Positions 7,184 to 16,737 of a stretch of 64,000 nucleotides of DNA are shown here, piece after piece; the stretch's first letter is position 1, and the number at the start of each line of letters is the position of its first letter. The position numbers and the translations under genes are program-made. Source of the stretch: an uncultured Hungatella sp. (GTDB lineage: Bacteria; Bacillota; Clostridia; Lachnospirales; Lachnospiraceae); NCBI GenBank assembly GCA_910579515.1, contig CAJTUV010000009.1:29837-93836 (forward strand). The letters are read 5' to 3'. Under the pieces are notes generated by a model, which had not been told where the DNA came from, did no database searches, and was given only the letters and a program-made list of their open reading frames with translations.

Positions 7184-9793
7184 ATGAAAAAATTAGTCGC
7201 CAAGAGACTGGTTCCAGTGATGCTGGCAACCTCTATGGTGGTAGTGTCTGGATGTTCTTCATCTACCAGCACGACCGGCACAGAAGGCAGCACTGCTGAG
7301 ACGACGACAGCTGCAGCCGCTGGTGGAAAGTACACAGCGGGCACTTATACGGGAGAGGGCGCAGGTTTTGGTGGAATCGTATCCGTAACCATTACAACAG
7401 ATGCTGACAACATCACAGACGTAAAGATTGAGGGCGCAGATGAGACGCCTAACATCGGCGGAGCTGCTTTTGAGGAATTGACAGAGCAGATCAAAACCGC
7501 TCAGAGCGCTGAGATTGACGGAGTTTCCGGCGCAACCCTTACATCAAACGGTGTAAAAGAAGCAACAGCTATGGCGATCGCTCTTGCCAGCGGAGAGGAA
7601 GTTGGCGGAAGCGGAGAGTTAAGTTATACCCCAGGTACCTATACTGGCGTTGGAGCAGGGTATAACGGAGATTTAAAACTTGATGTTACATTCAGCGAGA
7701 ACGCGATTACAGACATTCAGGTGAATGAGTCTGCAGAGACCAATCATGTAGGAACACCCGCCTATGATATCATGTTCGCGGATGCGATTGAGGCAAATGG
7801 TTCCGGAATCGACAGCGTATCCGGTGCTACCTTTACAAGCCGTGCAGTAAAAGATGCATTAAACGATGCTGCAGAACAGGCAAAAGCCACAGACATGACA
7901 ACCTTTAAGAAGAATACGGTTGTTCATGAGGCGGGCGAAGATATCGAAGTGACCTTCGATGTGGTTGTCGTAGGCGCCGGCGGAGCCGGTATGGCAGCGG
8001 CAGCAGAGGCGGCGTTAGGTGGAAAGACAGTGCTGATTATTGAGTCCAATGCGGAAATCGGCGGCAACACCCTGGTATCCGGCGGCGCATATCAGTCTGT
8101 TATGCCTTACTTGGTATGGGATCCCAAGGACCCAGACGCCAAGACCGGCACATGGGAATACAATGGAGAAACCTTTGATAAGGTAATGTCCACTCAGGGC
8201 TGTATCGACACCTTAAAGACAATCTTAGAGTGGTCTGAAGAGCCTTTTGACGGAGACTACTACAAGACCCATGAATATGATATCGGTGAGATTGATGATT
8301 TAAGCCAGCGCGGCGTTCATGCAGAATATTTAGACACCTTAAAGGCATTAAAGGCAGAGATCAAAGAATATCTGGCTTGGGCGCAGCCTAAATTAGACGC
8401 CGGTACTCCAGAGAATGAGATTACCTTATTCTCTACGGTAAATCTTCATATTTTCCAGACTTATTATGGCGGCTTAAGACAGAGCAGCGACAAGTCCGAG
8501 TGGATTTATGGCGATTTTGAGCTGGTTTCTCAGTTTATCAATGAGGCTCAGGGCTTAAAAGAGTGGTTAAGGGATCAGGGTTCTTACTTTAATGATGGAG
8601 AGCAGTCCACTTTGATCGGCGCTCTGTGGTACAGAGAGAACGGATTTGCAGGCGGCGACTTGGACGGCGACGGCGTTCCGGAAGTACCGGCTCAGTGGGG
8701 AACCTATTTTGCAACCACAAAGAATACGGTTTTAAACACTGCTCCTACAGCAAAGGACAACCAGATTATGCTTCGCACAACAGCAGAGCATCTGATTGTA
8801 GAGGACGGCAAAGTGACTGGCGTAGAGGCTACTCAGTATGACGGCACCAAAGTAATTGCACATGCAAACAACGGCGTTGTTCTTGCAACTGGCGGCTTTG
8901 CAGCCAACATCCAGAGAGTTATGGATACCAACCAGTATTGGGATAAAGCGTTCATCACCTCCAGCACAAAGACGACCAACCGTTCTTCTCTGGACGGAAG
9001 CGGTATTGCCATGGGCGAGGAGATTAAAGCCGCCACCACAGGCGAGGGCTGGACACAGATGATGCCAATCTCCTGGATTGACAACGGAAACCTGTCCTTT
9101 GGTGCAGGTACTTATGCAGCATATATCAACCCAACCACAGGCAAGAGATTCGTAAATGAGTCTGCAGAGCGTGATGTTCTGTCTCTGGGCGAGTTTGAAA
9201 ACGGCGTGGAGTACAGCGGTTCTCAGGGCGTGTTCCTGGAATTCTCCAATGCAGACGTAATGGTAGGACGTCCTTATCCATACGATGATTATACAAACAA
9301 TGTATCTGGTAAGGATGAGGTTGACGGCAGAGTATACTTTGTATCAAGTCCGTCTGAGCTTCAGGGAGTTCTTGATAAATTTGGCATGACAGCAGATCCA
9401 GAAACCATCTATGCTACTCTTGAGGCATATGACAAGGCGATTATGGAAGGCAAACAGCCAGAAGATGCAGGCAAGAGCCAGGCAAGCGATCTGATTGGTA
9501 AGGCAGACAAGGATTCTAAGGACAATTATGATGCAAGCACTTATAAGTTAGACGGCGAACTGCTTCGTGTAAGAATCATGGCTCCTTCTACCCACCATAC
9601 CATGGGCGGATTGGCTGTTGATGTTGACCGTCACGTATTAGATGAAAGCGGCAATATCATCAAAGGTTTGTATGCAGCAGGCGAGGTTACCGGCGGTATC
9701 CACGGCGGAAACCGTTTAGGCGGAAATGCGATTGTAGAAATCTTTGTTTCCGGCCGTACCGCTGCTCAGGCGATTATGGAAGATAATAAGTAA
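7184..9793 (+). CDS. Lipoprotein FAD-dependent reductase (flavocytochrome c / UrdA family) with two FMN-binding domains
   Basis: Lipobox VSGC; DGVSGATLTS and DSVSGATFTS flavinylation motifs; VVVVGAGGAG, HHTMGG and HGGNRLGGNA. Confidence 0.88.
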   Translation: MKKLVAKRLVPVMLATSMVVVSGCSSSTSTTGTEGSTAETTTAAAAGGKYTAGTYTGEGAGFGGIVSVTITTDADNITDVKIEGADETPNIGGAAFEELTEQIKTAQSAEIDGVSGATLTSNGVKEATAMAIALASGEEVGGSGELSYTPGTYTGVGAGYNGDLKLDVTFSENAITDIQVNESAETNHVGTPAYDIMFADAIEANGSGIDSVSGATFTSRAVKDALNDAAEQAKATDMTTFKKNTVVHEAGEDIEVTFDVVVVGAGGAGMAAAAEAALGGKTVLIIESNAEIGGNTLVSGGAYQSVMPYLVWDPKDPDAKTGTWEYNGETFDKVMSTQGCIDTLKTILEWSEEPFDGDYYKTHEYDIGEIDDLSQRGVHAEYLDTLKALKAEIKEYLAWAQPKLDAGTPENEITLFSTVNLHIFQTYYGGLRQSSDKSEWIYGDFELVSQFINEAQGLKEWLRDQGSYFNDGEQSTLIGALWYRENGFAGGDLDGDGVPEVPAQWGTYFATTKNTVLNTAPTAKDNQIMLRTTAEHLIVEDGKVTGVEATQYDGTKVIAHANNGVVLATGGFAANIQRVMDTNQYWDKAFITSSTKTTNRSSLDGSGIAMGEEIKAATTGEGWTQMMPISWIDNGNLSFGAGTYAAYINPTTGKRFVNESAERDVLSLGEFENGVEYSGSQGVFLEFSNADVMVGRPYPYDDYTNNVSGKDEVDGRVYFVSSPSELQGVLDKFGMTADPETIYATLEAYDKAIMEGKQPEDAGKSQASDLIGKADKDSKDNYDASTYKLDGELLRVRIMAPSTHHTMGGLAVDVDRHVLDESGNIIKGLYAAGEVTGGIHGGNRLGGNAIVEIFVSGRTAAQAIMEDNK

Positions 9794-9891
9794 GAAAGAT
9801 AAGCTGTTTTGAAAGAGGGAAAGGCGCGTTTCCGCAAAAAGGTGCGGTGGCGCGCCTTTTCTTCCTGTATAAAGCAGGGAGGTGAAGGCGG

Positions 9892-10986
9892 ATGGGAAAG
9901 AGTTTATATTTGGAATGTTATGCCGGAGTCAGCGGGCGCATGATCGTAGAGGCATTGCTGGAATTAGGTGCAGACAGAGCGGTTTTGGATCAAGCGCTGA
10001 ACCGTTTTTTACAGGGAGAAAATAGGAGCTTTTTGGAAGTTCTTTCTATTATAGAAGAAACAGATATGACAAGAGCGGCGAAAGAGACAGCGAAACGCAT
10101 TTTTAGTATTTGGGCTGAGTCAACAAAGCGGGTAAAGGGGACAGAGCCATGCCAGAAAGAGTTTGACAAAGAGACAGATGGAAATGTCATAAGAGAGATC
10201 GTGGGAGCGGCTGTGTGTCTGGATCAGCTGGGAATCACTCAGGTGGTGGTTCCAAGACTGTACGAGGGGTATGGCATGGTTTCCTGTGACGAGGAGGTTC
10301 TTCCGGTTCCGGTTCCTGTGGTTGCCGATATTTTGTCTGTTCATGATCTGCCTGTGGAGATTACTTCTGTTCAGGGACAGCTCATCACACCTGTGGGAGC
10401 GGCGATTGTGGCTGGGGTGAGAACCGGAAAAGATCTGCCTCAGGGAATGAGGATCCAGAAGATTGGCGTAGGGAGAAGAGAGGAAGGTTCTGACAAAAAA
10501 GGCGTTCTCAGGGCCATGGTGATTGAGTCCGATCAGTTAGACAGGGATATGATTGTAAAGCTTGAGACGAATATTGACGACTGTACAGGGGAAGGGCTTG
10601 GGTATGTGATGGAGCGTCTGATGGAAGCTGGAGCCAGAGACGTCCATTTTATTCCGGTTTTTATGAAGAAGAACCGTCCAGCTTACCAGTTAAATGTGCT
10701 CTGTACAGAGGAAGACGTATCTGAGATGGAGCGTATTATGTTTGAGGAAACGACCACCATTGGCGTCCGCCGTGTAAAGATGGAGAGGACGGTGCTGAAA
10801 AGACAGGCCAGAATCATGGAAACCTCTTTAGGACCAGTGAAGGTGAAAGTGTGTCAATTATCCTCCGGAATCCGGCTTTATCCAGAATTTGAGAGTGTAA
10901 AAAAAATATGTGAGAAAAACTGCTTGTCGTTTCAGGAAGTTTATGAGAGAATAAGGGGTGAATGTCAAACAGACACAAGAATTTAG
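9892..10986 (+). CDS. larC: LarC-family nickel insertion protein, N-terminal half degenerate
   Basis: LETNIDDCTGE, MKKNRP, FEETTTIGVR, PVPVP and ITPVGAAI motifs. Confidence 0.75.
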   Translation: MGKSLYLECYAGVSGRMIVEALLELGADRAVLDQALNRFLQGENRSFLEVLSIIEETDMTRAAKETAKRIFSIWAESTKRVKGTEPCQKEFDKETDGNVIREIVGAAVCLDQLGITQVVVPRLYEGYGMVSCDEEVLPVPVPVVADILSVHDLPVEITSVQGQLITPVGAAIVAGVRTGKDLPQGMRIQKIGVGRREEGSDKKGVLRAMVIESDQLDRDMIVKLETNIDDCTGEGLGYVMERLMEAGARDVHFIPVFMKKNRPAYQLNVLCTEEDVSEMERIMFEETTTIGVRRVKMERTVLKRQARIMETSLGPVKVKVCQLSSGIRLYPEFESVKKICEKNCLSFQEVYERIRGECQTDTRI

Positions 10987-11001
10987 AAGAGGAGATTTTT
11001 T

Positions 11002-12360
11002 ATGGAACGGGAACATTTTTCATCGCGGCTGGGATTTATTTTAATCACTGCAGCCTGCTCAATCGGTTTGGGGAATGTGTGGAGATTTCCATACATTACA
11101 GGAAAATATGGAGGCGCTTCCTTTGTGCTTTTGTATGTGGCTTTTCTGATTGTGGTCAGTATGCCCATTGTGGTTATGGAGTTTGCAGTAGGAAGAGGCA
11201 GCCAGCGCAGCTCCGCCATGTCTTTTGACGTGCTGGAGCCAAAGGGGACTAAATGGCATTGGTATAAGTACATGGCGATTACCGGAAATTATTTGCTGAT
11301 GATGTTTTACACAGTTATCACCGGATGGCTGCTTTGGTATTTTGTTCAGATGACCAAGGGACGTTTTCAGGGACTTTCCACAGAAGAGGTGTCAGGAGTT
11401 TTTGGCGGTCTTTTGGAGCAGCCGGTCACCATGACTGTCTATATGGTAATTGCTGTGGCTCTCTCGTTTGGCGTATGTGCCTTGGGACTGCGAAAGGGCG
11501 TGGAGCGAGTCACCAAAATCATGATGCTCTGCCTGTTTTCTCTTTTAATCGTTTTGGCAGTAAAGGCAGTGCTCCTTCCCGGGGCGGAGACAGGACTTCG
11601 CTACTATCTTGTACCTGATTTTGGGAAAATGAAGGAGATTGGTCTGGGAGAATGTATTTTTGCTGCGATGGGACAGGCGTTTTTTACCTTGAGTCTGGGA
11701 ATCGGCGCTCTGTCTGTGTATGGAAGCCGTATTGACAAGACCAGCTCCCTGACAGAAAACGCTTTGTATATGGGAGTTTTGGACACTCTTGTAGCCTTGC
11801 TTTCCGGTTTGATTATTTTTCCGGCCTGCTTTAGCTTTGGGGTGCAGCCGGACAGCGGTCCCAACCTTTTGTTTGTCACTCTGCCCAATATTTTTAACGC
11901 CATGGGCGGCGGGAGAATCTGGGGGAGTTTATTTTTCCTGTTTATGTGTTTTGCGGCTCTCACTACGGTGATTGCAGTGATTGAAAATATTATCACCTAT
12001 TTTATGGATTTAACAGGATGCAGCCGGAAAAAGGCAGCCATTGGAAATTTTGTGGGAATCTTGGTATTGTCTTTGCCCTGTATTTTCGGATTTAATATCT
12101 GGAAGGGATTCCAGCCTCTGGGCCCCGGAACCAATGTCCTGGATTTGGAAGATTTTATTCTGAGTGAGAATATTCTTCCTCTTGGAAGTCTTGTCTTTCT
12201 TCTGTTCTGTACCTGCCGCTATGGATGGGGATGGAAGAATTTCTATGAGGAGGCATGCGCAGGGAAGGGACTGGCATATCCGAAGTTTGTACGCGGGTAT
12301 GTGACCTATGTGCTTCCCCTTATTGTGTTGGTAGTGCTGATAAGTGGATATCTGTCCTGA
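11002..12360 (+). CDS. Sodium-dependent transporter (SNF/NSS family)
   Basis: IGLGNVWRFPY and GQAFFTLSLG motifs; about 12 hydrophobic segments. Confidence 0.93.
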   Translation: MEREHFSSRLGFILITAACSIGLGNVWRFPYITGKYGGASFVLLYVAFLIVVSMPIVVMEFAVGRGSQRSSAMSFDVLEPKGTKWHWYKYMAITGNYLLMMFYTVITGWLLWYFVQMTKGRFQGLSTEEVSGVFGGLLEQPVTMTVYMVIAVALSFGVCALGLRKGVERVTKIMMLCLFSLLIVLAVKAVLLPGAETGLRYYLVPDFGKMKEIGLGECIFAAMGQAFFTLSLGIGALSVYGSRIDKTSSLTENALYMGVLDTLVALLSGLIIFPACFSFGVQPDSGPNLLFVTLPNIFNAMGGGRIWGSLFFLFMCFAALTTVIAVIENIITYFMDLTGCSRKKAAIGNFVGILVLSLPCIFGFNIWKGFQPLGPGTNVLDLEDFILSENILPLGSLVFLLFCTCRYGWGWKNFYEEACAGKGLAYPKFVRGYVTYVLPLIVLVVLISGYLS

Positions 12361-12400
12361 AGAAGTTGACAGCGAAAGAAATCACGGATGTGGAAAAATA

Positions 12401-12448
12401 AAAACCGCCCTGTGTCAGAATGTGAAGATCTGGCACAGGGCGGTTTTT
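12401..12448. terminator. Bidirectional intrinsic terminator
   Basis: AAAACCGCCCTGTGTCAGA...TCTGGCACAGGGCGGTTTTT between convergent genes. Confidence 0.8.
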
Positions 12449-12454
12449 ATGAGG

Positions 12455-13516
12455 TCAATCGCCTAAAACATTCATAATCTTTACAGGATCTCTATAATAC
12501 ATATTGGACTGTATAATGCCCACCCTCTCGTTGGAAGCGTGGACAACCTGTCCGTCTCCGATATAGATGGCTACATGATTGATGGAACTGCCATTGCTGT
12601 AGAACACCAAATCTCCGGGGCGCGCATCCTGGGCAGAAACGGCATGTCCCTGTGTGGACTGAGCAGCCGCCGTGCGGTTTAAATACACGCCAGCCGAGTG
12701 ACTTAAGATGTATCTGGTAAAACCAGAGCAGTCAACACCGGTGTTAGGATCTGTTCCGCCGTATACATAGGCATTGCCGATATACTTTTGGGCGTTGCTT
12801 ACAATGGAACTTCGGATGGCTTCTCTTCGTGCTTTTTCTGCAGCGGCCGCCTCTTTTCTTGACTCAATAATATTGATGTAGTCTTCATATTGGCCGGTTT
12901 TTTCAGAAAGATTGTTTTGAAGAAGACTGAGCTTTTCCTGGATTGCCTGGAAATCTGCAGTATTCTTTGCCATGGCGGCAGGAAGTTCCCTGGAGGTGAC
13001 TCTTACGGTCTTGTTGGCAGAAAGCTGGGCGCTGCCTGGCTCCTGAGCTTCGGCGCTGCTTTCTGACTCTGGCAAATCCTCCTGGCTTTCTCCCTCTGTT
13101 CCAGCTAAAACCTGCTGTAAACCAAGTTCCTGACGGATTTGATCCTCTCTGGCTACCAGCTCTTCCAGCTCGCTTAAGGTGTCTCTGGTTTTCTGCTCCA
13201 GTTCTTTTAACGCCAGTTCCTGCTCCTGTCTGGCCTGCTTTAATAGTTCGTTCTCCTGGTCTTCCAACTGCTTTTGGGCAGCCAATAATTCCCACTCTTT
13301 TTCCAGCTGTTCCTTTTCTTTACGGACAACATTGAGCTGGTGACGAGAGCCTGCAAAAAAAAGACAGGCGCCTGAAAGGACAAAAAGAGCAAGAATGATA
13401 AGGCCAAAAGTCCATACAGGAGTCTTAAAATGAATGGGCTTTTTCTGAGAATGAGGAAGCAGCATAACCGTATAATTCAAAGAAATGCGTTCCTTTTTAA
13501 ATTGTTTCCACTTCAT
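12455..13516 (-). CDS. NlpC/P60 (C40) peptidoglycan endopeptidase with an N-terminal TM segment and coiled coil
   Basis: YVYGG, DCSGF, PGDLVF, HVAIY and VHAS (Cys-His-His triad). Confidence 0.9.
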   Translation of the reverse strand: MKWKQFKKERISLNYTVMLLPHSQKKPIHFKTPVWTFGLIILALFVLSGACLFFAGSRHQLNVVRKEKEQLEKEWELLAAQKQLEDQENELLKQARQEQELALKELEQKTRDTLSELEELVAREDQIRQELGLQQVLAGTEGESQEDLPESESSAEAQEPGSAQLSANKTVRVTSRELPAAMAKNTADFQAIQEKLSLLQNNLSEKTGQYEDYINIIESRKEAAAAEKARREAIRSSIVSNAQKYIGNAYVYGGTDPNTGVDCSGFTRYILSHSAGVYLNRTAAAQSTQGHAVSAQDARPGDLVFYSNGSSINHVAIYIGDGQVVHASNERVGIIQSNMYYRDPVKIMNVLGD

Positions 13517-13576
13517 TATGTAAGTCGCTCTTCCTTTCTATGATAAGTTCAGAACTATAGTTCCATAGAAGAAGGG

Positions 13577-14116
13577 TTATGATTTGGAGTCCTCGGATTC
13601 AGAATTTTCTTCCTGATGGCGTTTGGACTGCTTGGATTTTTTTTCTGGTTCTGGAATTGGCTCTGGCTCTGGAACAGGCTCTGGCTCCGATGCTGGTTCG
13701 GGCTCTGCAATCGCCGCTTCAGGAACACTTGCAAAATTCTGGGAGTTTCCTGCTTCGTCTGCTACGTCCATGCTACAATTTCCTCTAAAGGAAGCGCCTT
13801 CGTCAATGACAAGAGTTTTGGTAAACAGATCGCCAAGAACTCGGCCGGTACCGGTAATCTCAATTCGGGCGTCTGCTTTTAAGTTGCCGTATACTGTTCC
13901 TGCCACCAGGATATCCACTGCTTTAATGTCTCCTTTAATCACGCCATGTTCTCCGATGATCACAGAACTTTCTGATAAAATTTTTCCCTGCAGCAGTCCA
14001 TCTACTCTGGTAGAGTCTGAGGTTAACAACAAACCTTCAATTTTTGAATTATTGCCAATGATAGTGCTGATCATACTGCTGCTGGCAGCTACTTTGTTTT
14101 TCTTCGAATTAAACAT
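13577..14116 (-). CDS. Bactofilin (polymer-forming cytoskeletal protein)
   Basis: STIIG...IEG...RVDG..GVIKGDIKA..GTVYGNL..GDL...LVIDEGASFRGNCSM beta-helix pattern; PE-rich tail. Confidence 0.88.
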   Translation of the reverse strand: MFNSKKNKVAASSSMISTIIGNNSKIEGLLLTSDSTRVDGLLQGKILSESSVIIGEHGVIKGDIKAVDILVAGTVYGNLKADARIEITGTGRVLGDLFTKTLVIDEGASFRGNCSMDVADEAGNSQNFASVPEAAIAEPEPASEPEPVPEPEPIPEPEKKSKQSKRHQEENSESEDSKS

Positions 14117-14214
14117 AAGTCCTCCTTGTATATCAATGCTTTAATCTGAATTGCAAATTTAAATTTATAGACTATCTCTATATTAATACTTTTAGGAGGA
14201 AAATTCAATATTAA

Positions 14215-14231
14215 TTAACAAATTTGTAACA
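14215..14231 (-). promoter_or_regulatory. WalR-type binding box upstream of the bactofilin operon
   Basis: Minus strand TGTTAC-AAATT-TGTTAA is an exact match to TGTWAH-N5-TGTWAH; a TTGAAT-N17-TAATAT promoter follows; a one-mismatch copy lies at 14386-14402. Confidence 0.6.
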
Positions 14232-14603
14232 AAAATATTTTACGCATTTTCATGGAGAAATTGAGAAATTTGTCGAATGGTTAACATAAAATCAGGGAGA
14301 CAAAAGGCGACAAAATTTTTCCTTCTCCATATTTAACAAAAACGAAATATTTACGTAATTTAAAGTAACAAAATATAAATAAAATGAAACATAATAATAA
14401 CAAAAATTAGTGAAAATTAAATATAAAATTCAAATATGTAAAAAAATCCAGTATTAAATTTGCCGAATTACAGGCGAATCCATTGACTTTTTAAGGTCCG
14501 TTCCCATATAATTACCACCGTCACCAGGCAATCGGGGGCAAAGGTGGGAGAAAATCCCCATTTTCCCTCTGTAAAAGAGAAAAAGAAGAAGAGAGGAGTA
14601 TTT

Positions 14604-15383
14604 ATGCTGACATTATACTCATTTCTTCAGAAGAGCTCTCTGTCTGTAAGGACTATGACTGGGCAGGTTTTCGGAAGAATCCACAGACAGTCAACAGTAT
14701 TTGTATCATTTCTATCGGTTCTTACAATCGTGGCGCTGACGTCCAGTGGGTTTGGAAGCGACGGGGGGAACGCCCTCACCGCATTTGCCGAAACGCAGAC
14801 AGACGTCAGGCAGGAGATGGAGGAAACATCTGAAGAAATCGAAGCAATTACGGAAGCAAATATTCAGGCTGATCTTACTGACTCCAGGCGACAAGGACAG
14901 TTACTGGTTGGAGAACTGATGACTCAGGATATCCAGCAAAAACAAGAGGAACGTTTGCAGGCTCAAGCGAAGCTGGAAGACACAATAGAAAAAGCCAACG
15001 GGACTTTGGCTTACAGCGAAGAAGATTATCAAATACTTTTAAGGATTGTTCAGGCAGAAGCCGGAATCTGTGACGACAAGGGGAAGATTCTGGTTGCCAA
15101 TGTGATTTTGAACAGAGTTCAGAGCGAGGAGTTTCCCAATACCATAAAAAATGTGGTTTATCAACGGTCTCAGTTTTCTCCTGTTGCTAACGGAAGCATT
15201 AATACGTGCAAAGTAACGCCCCAGACCATAGAATGTGTTAACAGGGCGTTAAGCGGAGAAGATTATTCTCAGGGAGCCCTTTATTTTATGAACCGCAGTG
15301 GAGCGCGCTCCAGGGCAGCCAGCTGGTTTGACGGTCATTTGACCTTTTTGTTTCGACATGAAAAACATGAATTTTTTAAATAG
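14604..15383 (+). CDS. Cell wall hydrolase (Hydrolase_2, SleB/CwlJ-like lytic transglycosylase)
   Basis: IVQAEAG, VANVILNRV, FPNTIKNVVYQ, QFSPV and GALYF. Confidence 0.87.
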   Translation: MLTLYSFLQKSSLSVRTMTGQVFGRIHRQSTVFVSFLSVLTIVALTSSGFGSDGGNALTAFAETQTDVRQEMEETSEEIEAITEANIQADLTDSRRQGQLLVGELMTQDIQQKQEERLQAQAKLEDTIEKANGTLAYSEEDYQILLRIVQAEAGICDDKGKILVANVILNRVQSEEFPNTIKNVVYQRSQFSPVANGSINTCKVTPQTIECVNRALSGEDYSQGALYFMNRSGARSRAASWFDGHLTFLFRHEKHEFFK

Positions 15384-15426
15384 ACAAAGGCCGGAAATTT
15401 TTAACAGATTTCCGGCCTGCTGATTT

Positions 15427-16404
15427 TTAGCGGTCTGTTTTCGCCAGCCATCCATCCTCTCCAGAGAGAACGGCCTGTCTGGTATAATGGGGAAGATCTT
15501 TTTTGGAAAGACGTTTTATCCATTCTGGGCGGCGTTCTATGACAGCCCCAGGCCCCATGCTGTTATATTCTCCAAAAAATACGGTCTTTCTGGCCTGGGT
15601 TTTGTCCCAGTCATGCCAGCCTTCTGGACAGATGTGGTCATCCATCCAGCAGTTTAAAAGGACTGTTTTTGCAAAATCCCGCCAGGGACGTCCAAGATAA
15701 GCGGTGTGGGGAGGACAGTTTCCGGTAAAACGGCAGCTCTCCATTACATAGCCATAGGCCTGACCTTGCGGCGTGGAGGCGGCGGTCACATAACTGTTTA
15801 CTGGACTTTGGGTGTCTTTTGAATAAAATTCGCACCCTTCAAAGTAGGCTGTGGCGCTTCCGAATATAAAATCAATATCCCCTGCTATGTAACAGTCATG
15901 GTAATAATGGCGCCCGTTTAACCTGGGACTGTTCTGTTTTGGCCCGATAAAGCCGTTGGGTTCTATTTCTTTTGGCGGAAGAGGGCCGGTAAAGAGGGTA
16001 TCCTGATTTCCTAAAAGACGGCAATGGTCAAACTGAATCCGGTCTCCGTCCACATACAAAGCCAGAGCCTGTCCCACCTTCGTCCCAGGCCCGGCGCTGT
16101 TTTCAAAGGTCATATTGCGGGCTGTGAAATCATGGGTGTCAACGATACAGGAATACGTGCGGAAAGTGCCCAGTTTTCCCACGTCCACAGAAGGCATTTG
16201 GGCATACAAATCATACGTAAGACACGTATTCTCCATGGATTCTCCTAGAAATGTGACATAGGGAACTGTAACTGTAACCCGTTCCCGATAGGTTCCATTG
16301 TGAAGGAACAAAATGACTTCAGAGTCGTTATCTGGAGGCAGCGAGTTTAAGGCTTCCTGAATCGAAGTAAAATCACCGGAGCCGTCTTGTGAGATATGAA
16401 TCAT
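15427..16404 (-). CDS. Pectinesterase (CE8), no signal peptide
   Basis: DGSGDFTSIQEA, GQALAL, GNQDTL, GDIDFIFG and YLGRPW. Confidence 0.92.
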   Translation of the reverse strand: MIHISQDGSGDFTSIQEALNSLPPDNDSEVILFLHNGTYRERVTVTVPYVTFLGESMENTCLTYDLYAQMPSVDVGKLGTFRTYSCIVDTHDFTARNMTFENSAGPGTKVGQALALYVDGDRIQFDHCRLLGNQDTLFTGPLPPKEIEPNGFIGPKQNSPRLNGRHYYHDCYIAGDIDFIFGSATAYFEGCEFYSKDTQSPVNSYVTAASTPQGQAYGYVMESCRFTGNCPPHTAYLGRPWRDFAKTVLLNCWMDDHICPEGWHDWDKTQARKTVFFGEYNSMGPGAVIERRPEWIKRLSKKDLPHYTRQAVLSGEDGWLAKTDR

Positions 16405-16435
16405 AAAGAGTCCTTTCTAAAAAAGTTTTGTTTGG

Positions 16436-16638
16436 GTGCGAAAGTTTTGAAGTTGAGGAGATTACTGATAAGCTTTTGCAGCCAAAGTCAGATGCGCCAA
16501 ACATTGCGCTAAGCCCAGTAAAGCAAAAAACACTCGGGCGAGGCCCTCGCGTTTTTTCTGGTCTTAGCTCCATGGCGCAAATGCCTCTGGCTGCAAAAGC
16601 TTATCAATAATCTCCAGCCAAGTTTTTTAGTTTCGCAT
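16436..16638. repeat. About 200-nt imperfect palindrome (rod-like hairpin)
   Basis: GGAGATTACTGATAAGCTTTTGCAGCCA (from 16457) pairs with TGGCTGCAAAAGCTTATCAATAATCTCC (to 16615); further nested stems inside. Confidence 0.85.
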
Positions 16639-16737
16639 ACGTTTGTTTTTTAGTATACACGTGGAAAGAAAGGATGTCTATATGCTATTTATTTTTAAGG
16701 GGATTGCAACTACAGCTCATTTATTGCCAGAACAACA

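Noticed and set aside
14140..14520. CRISPR leader/array or replication origin in the AT-rich stretch
   Set aside because: No regularly spaced direct repeats, no cas genes and no cluster of DnaA boxes
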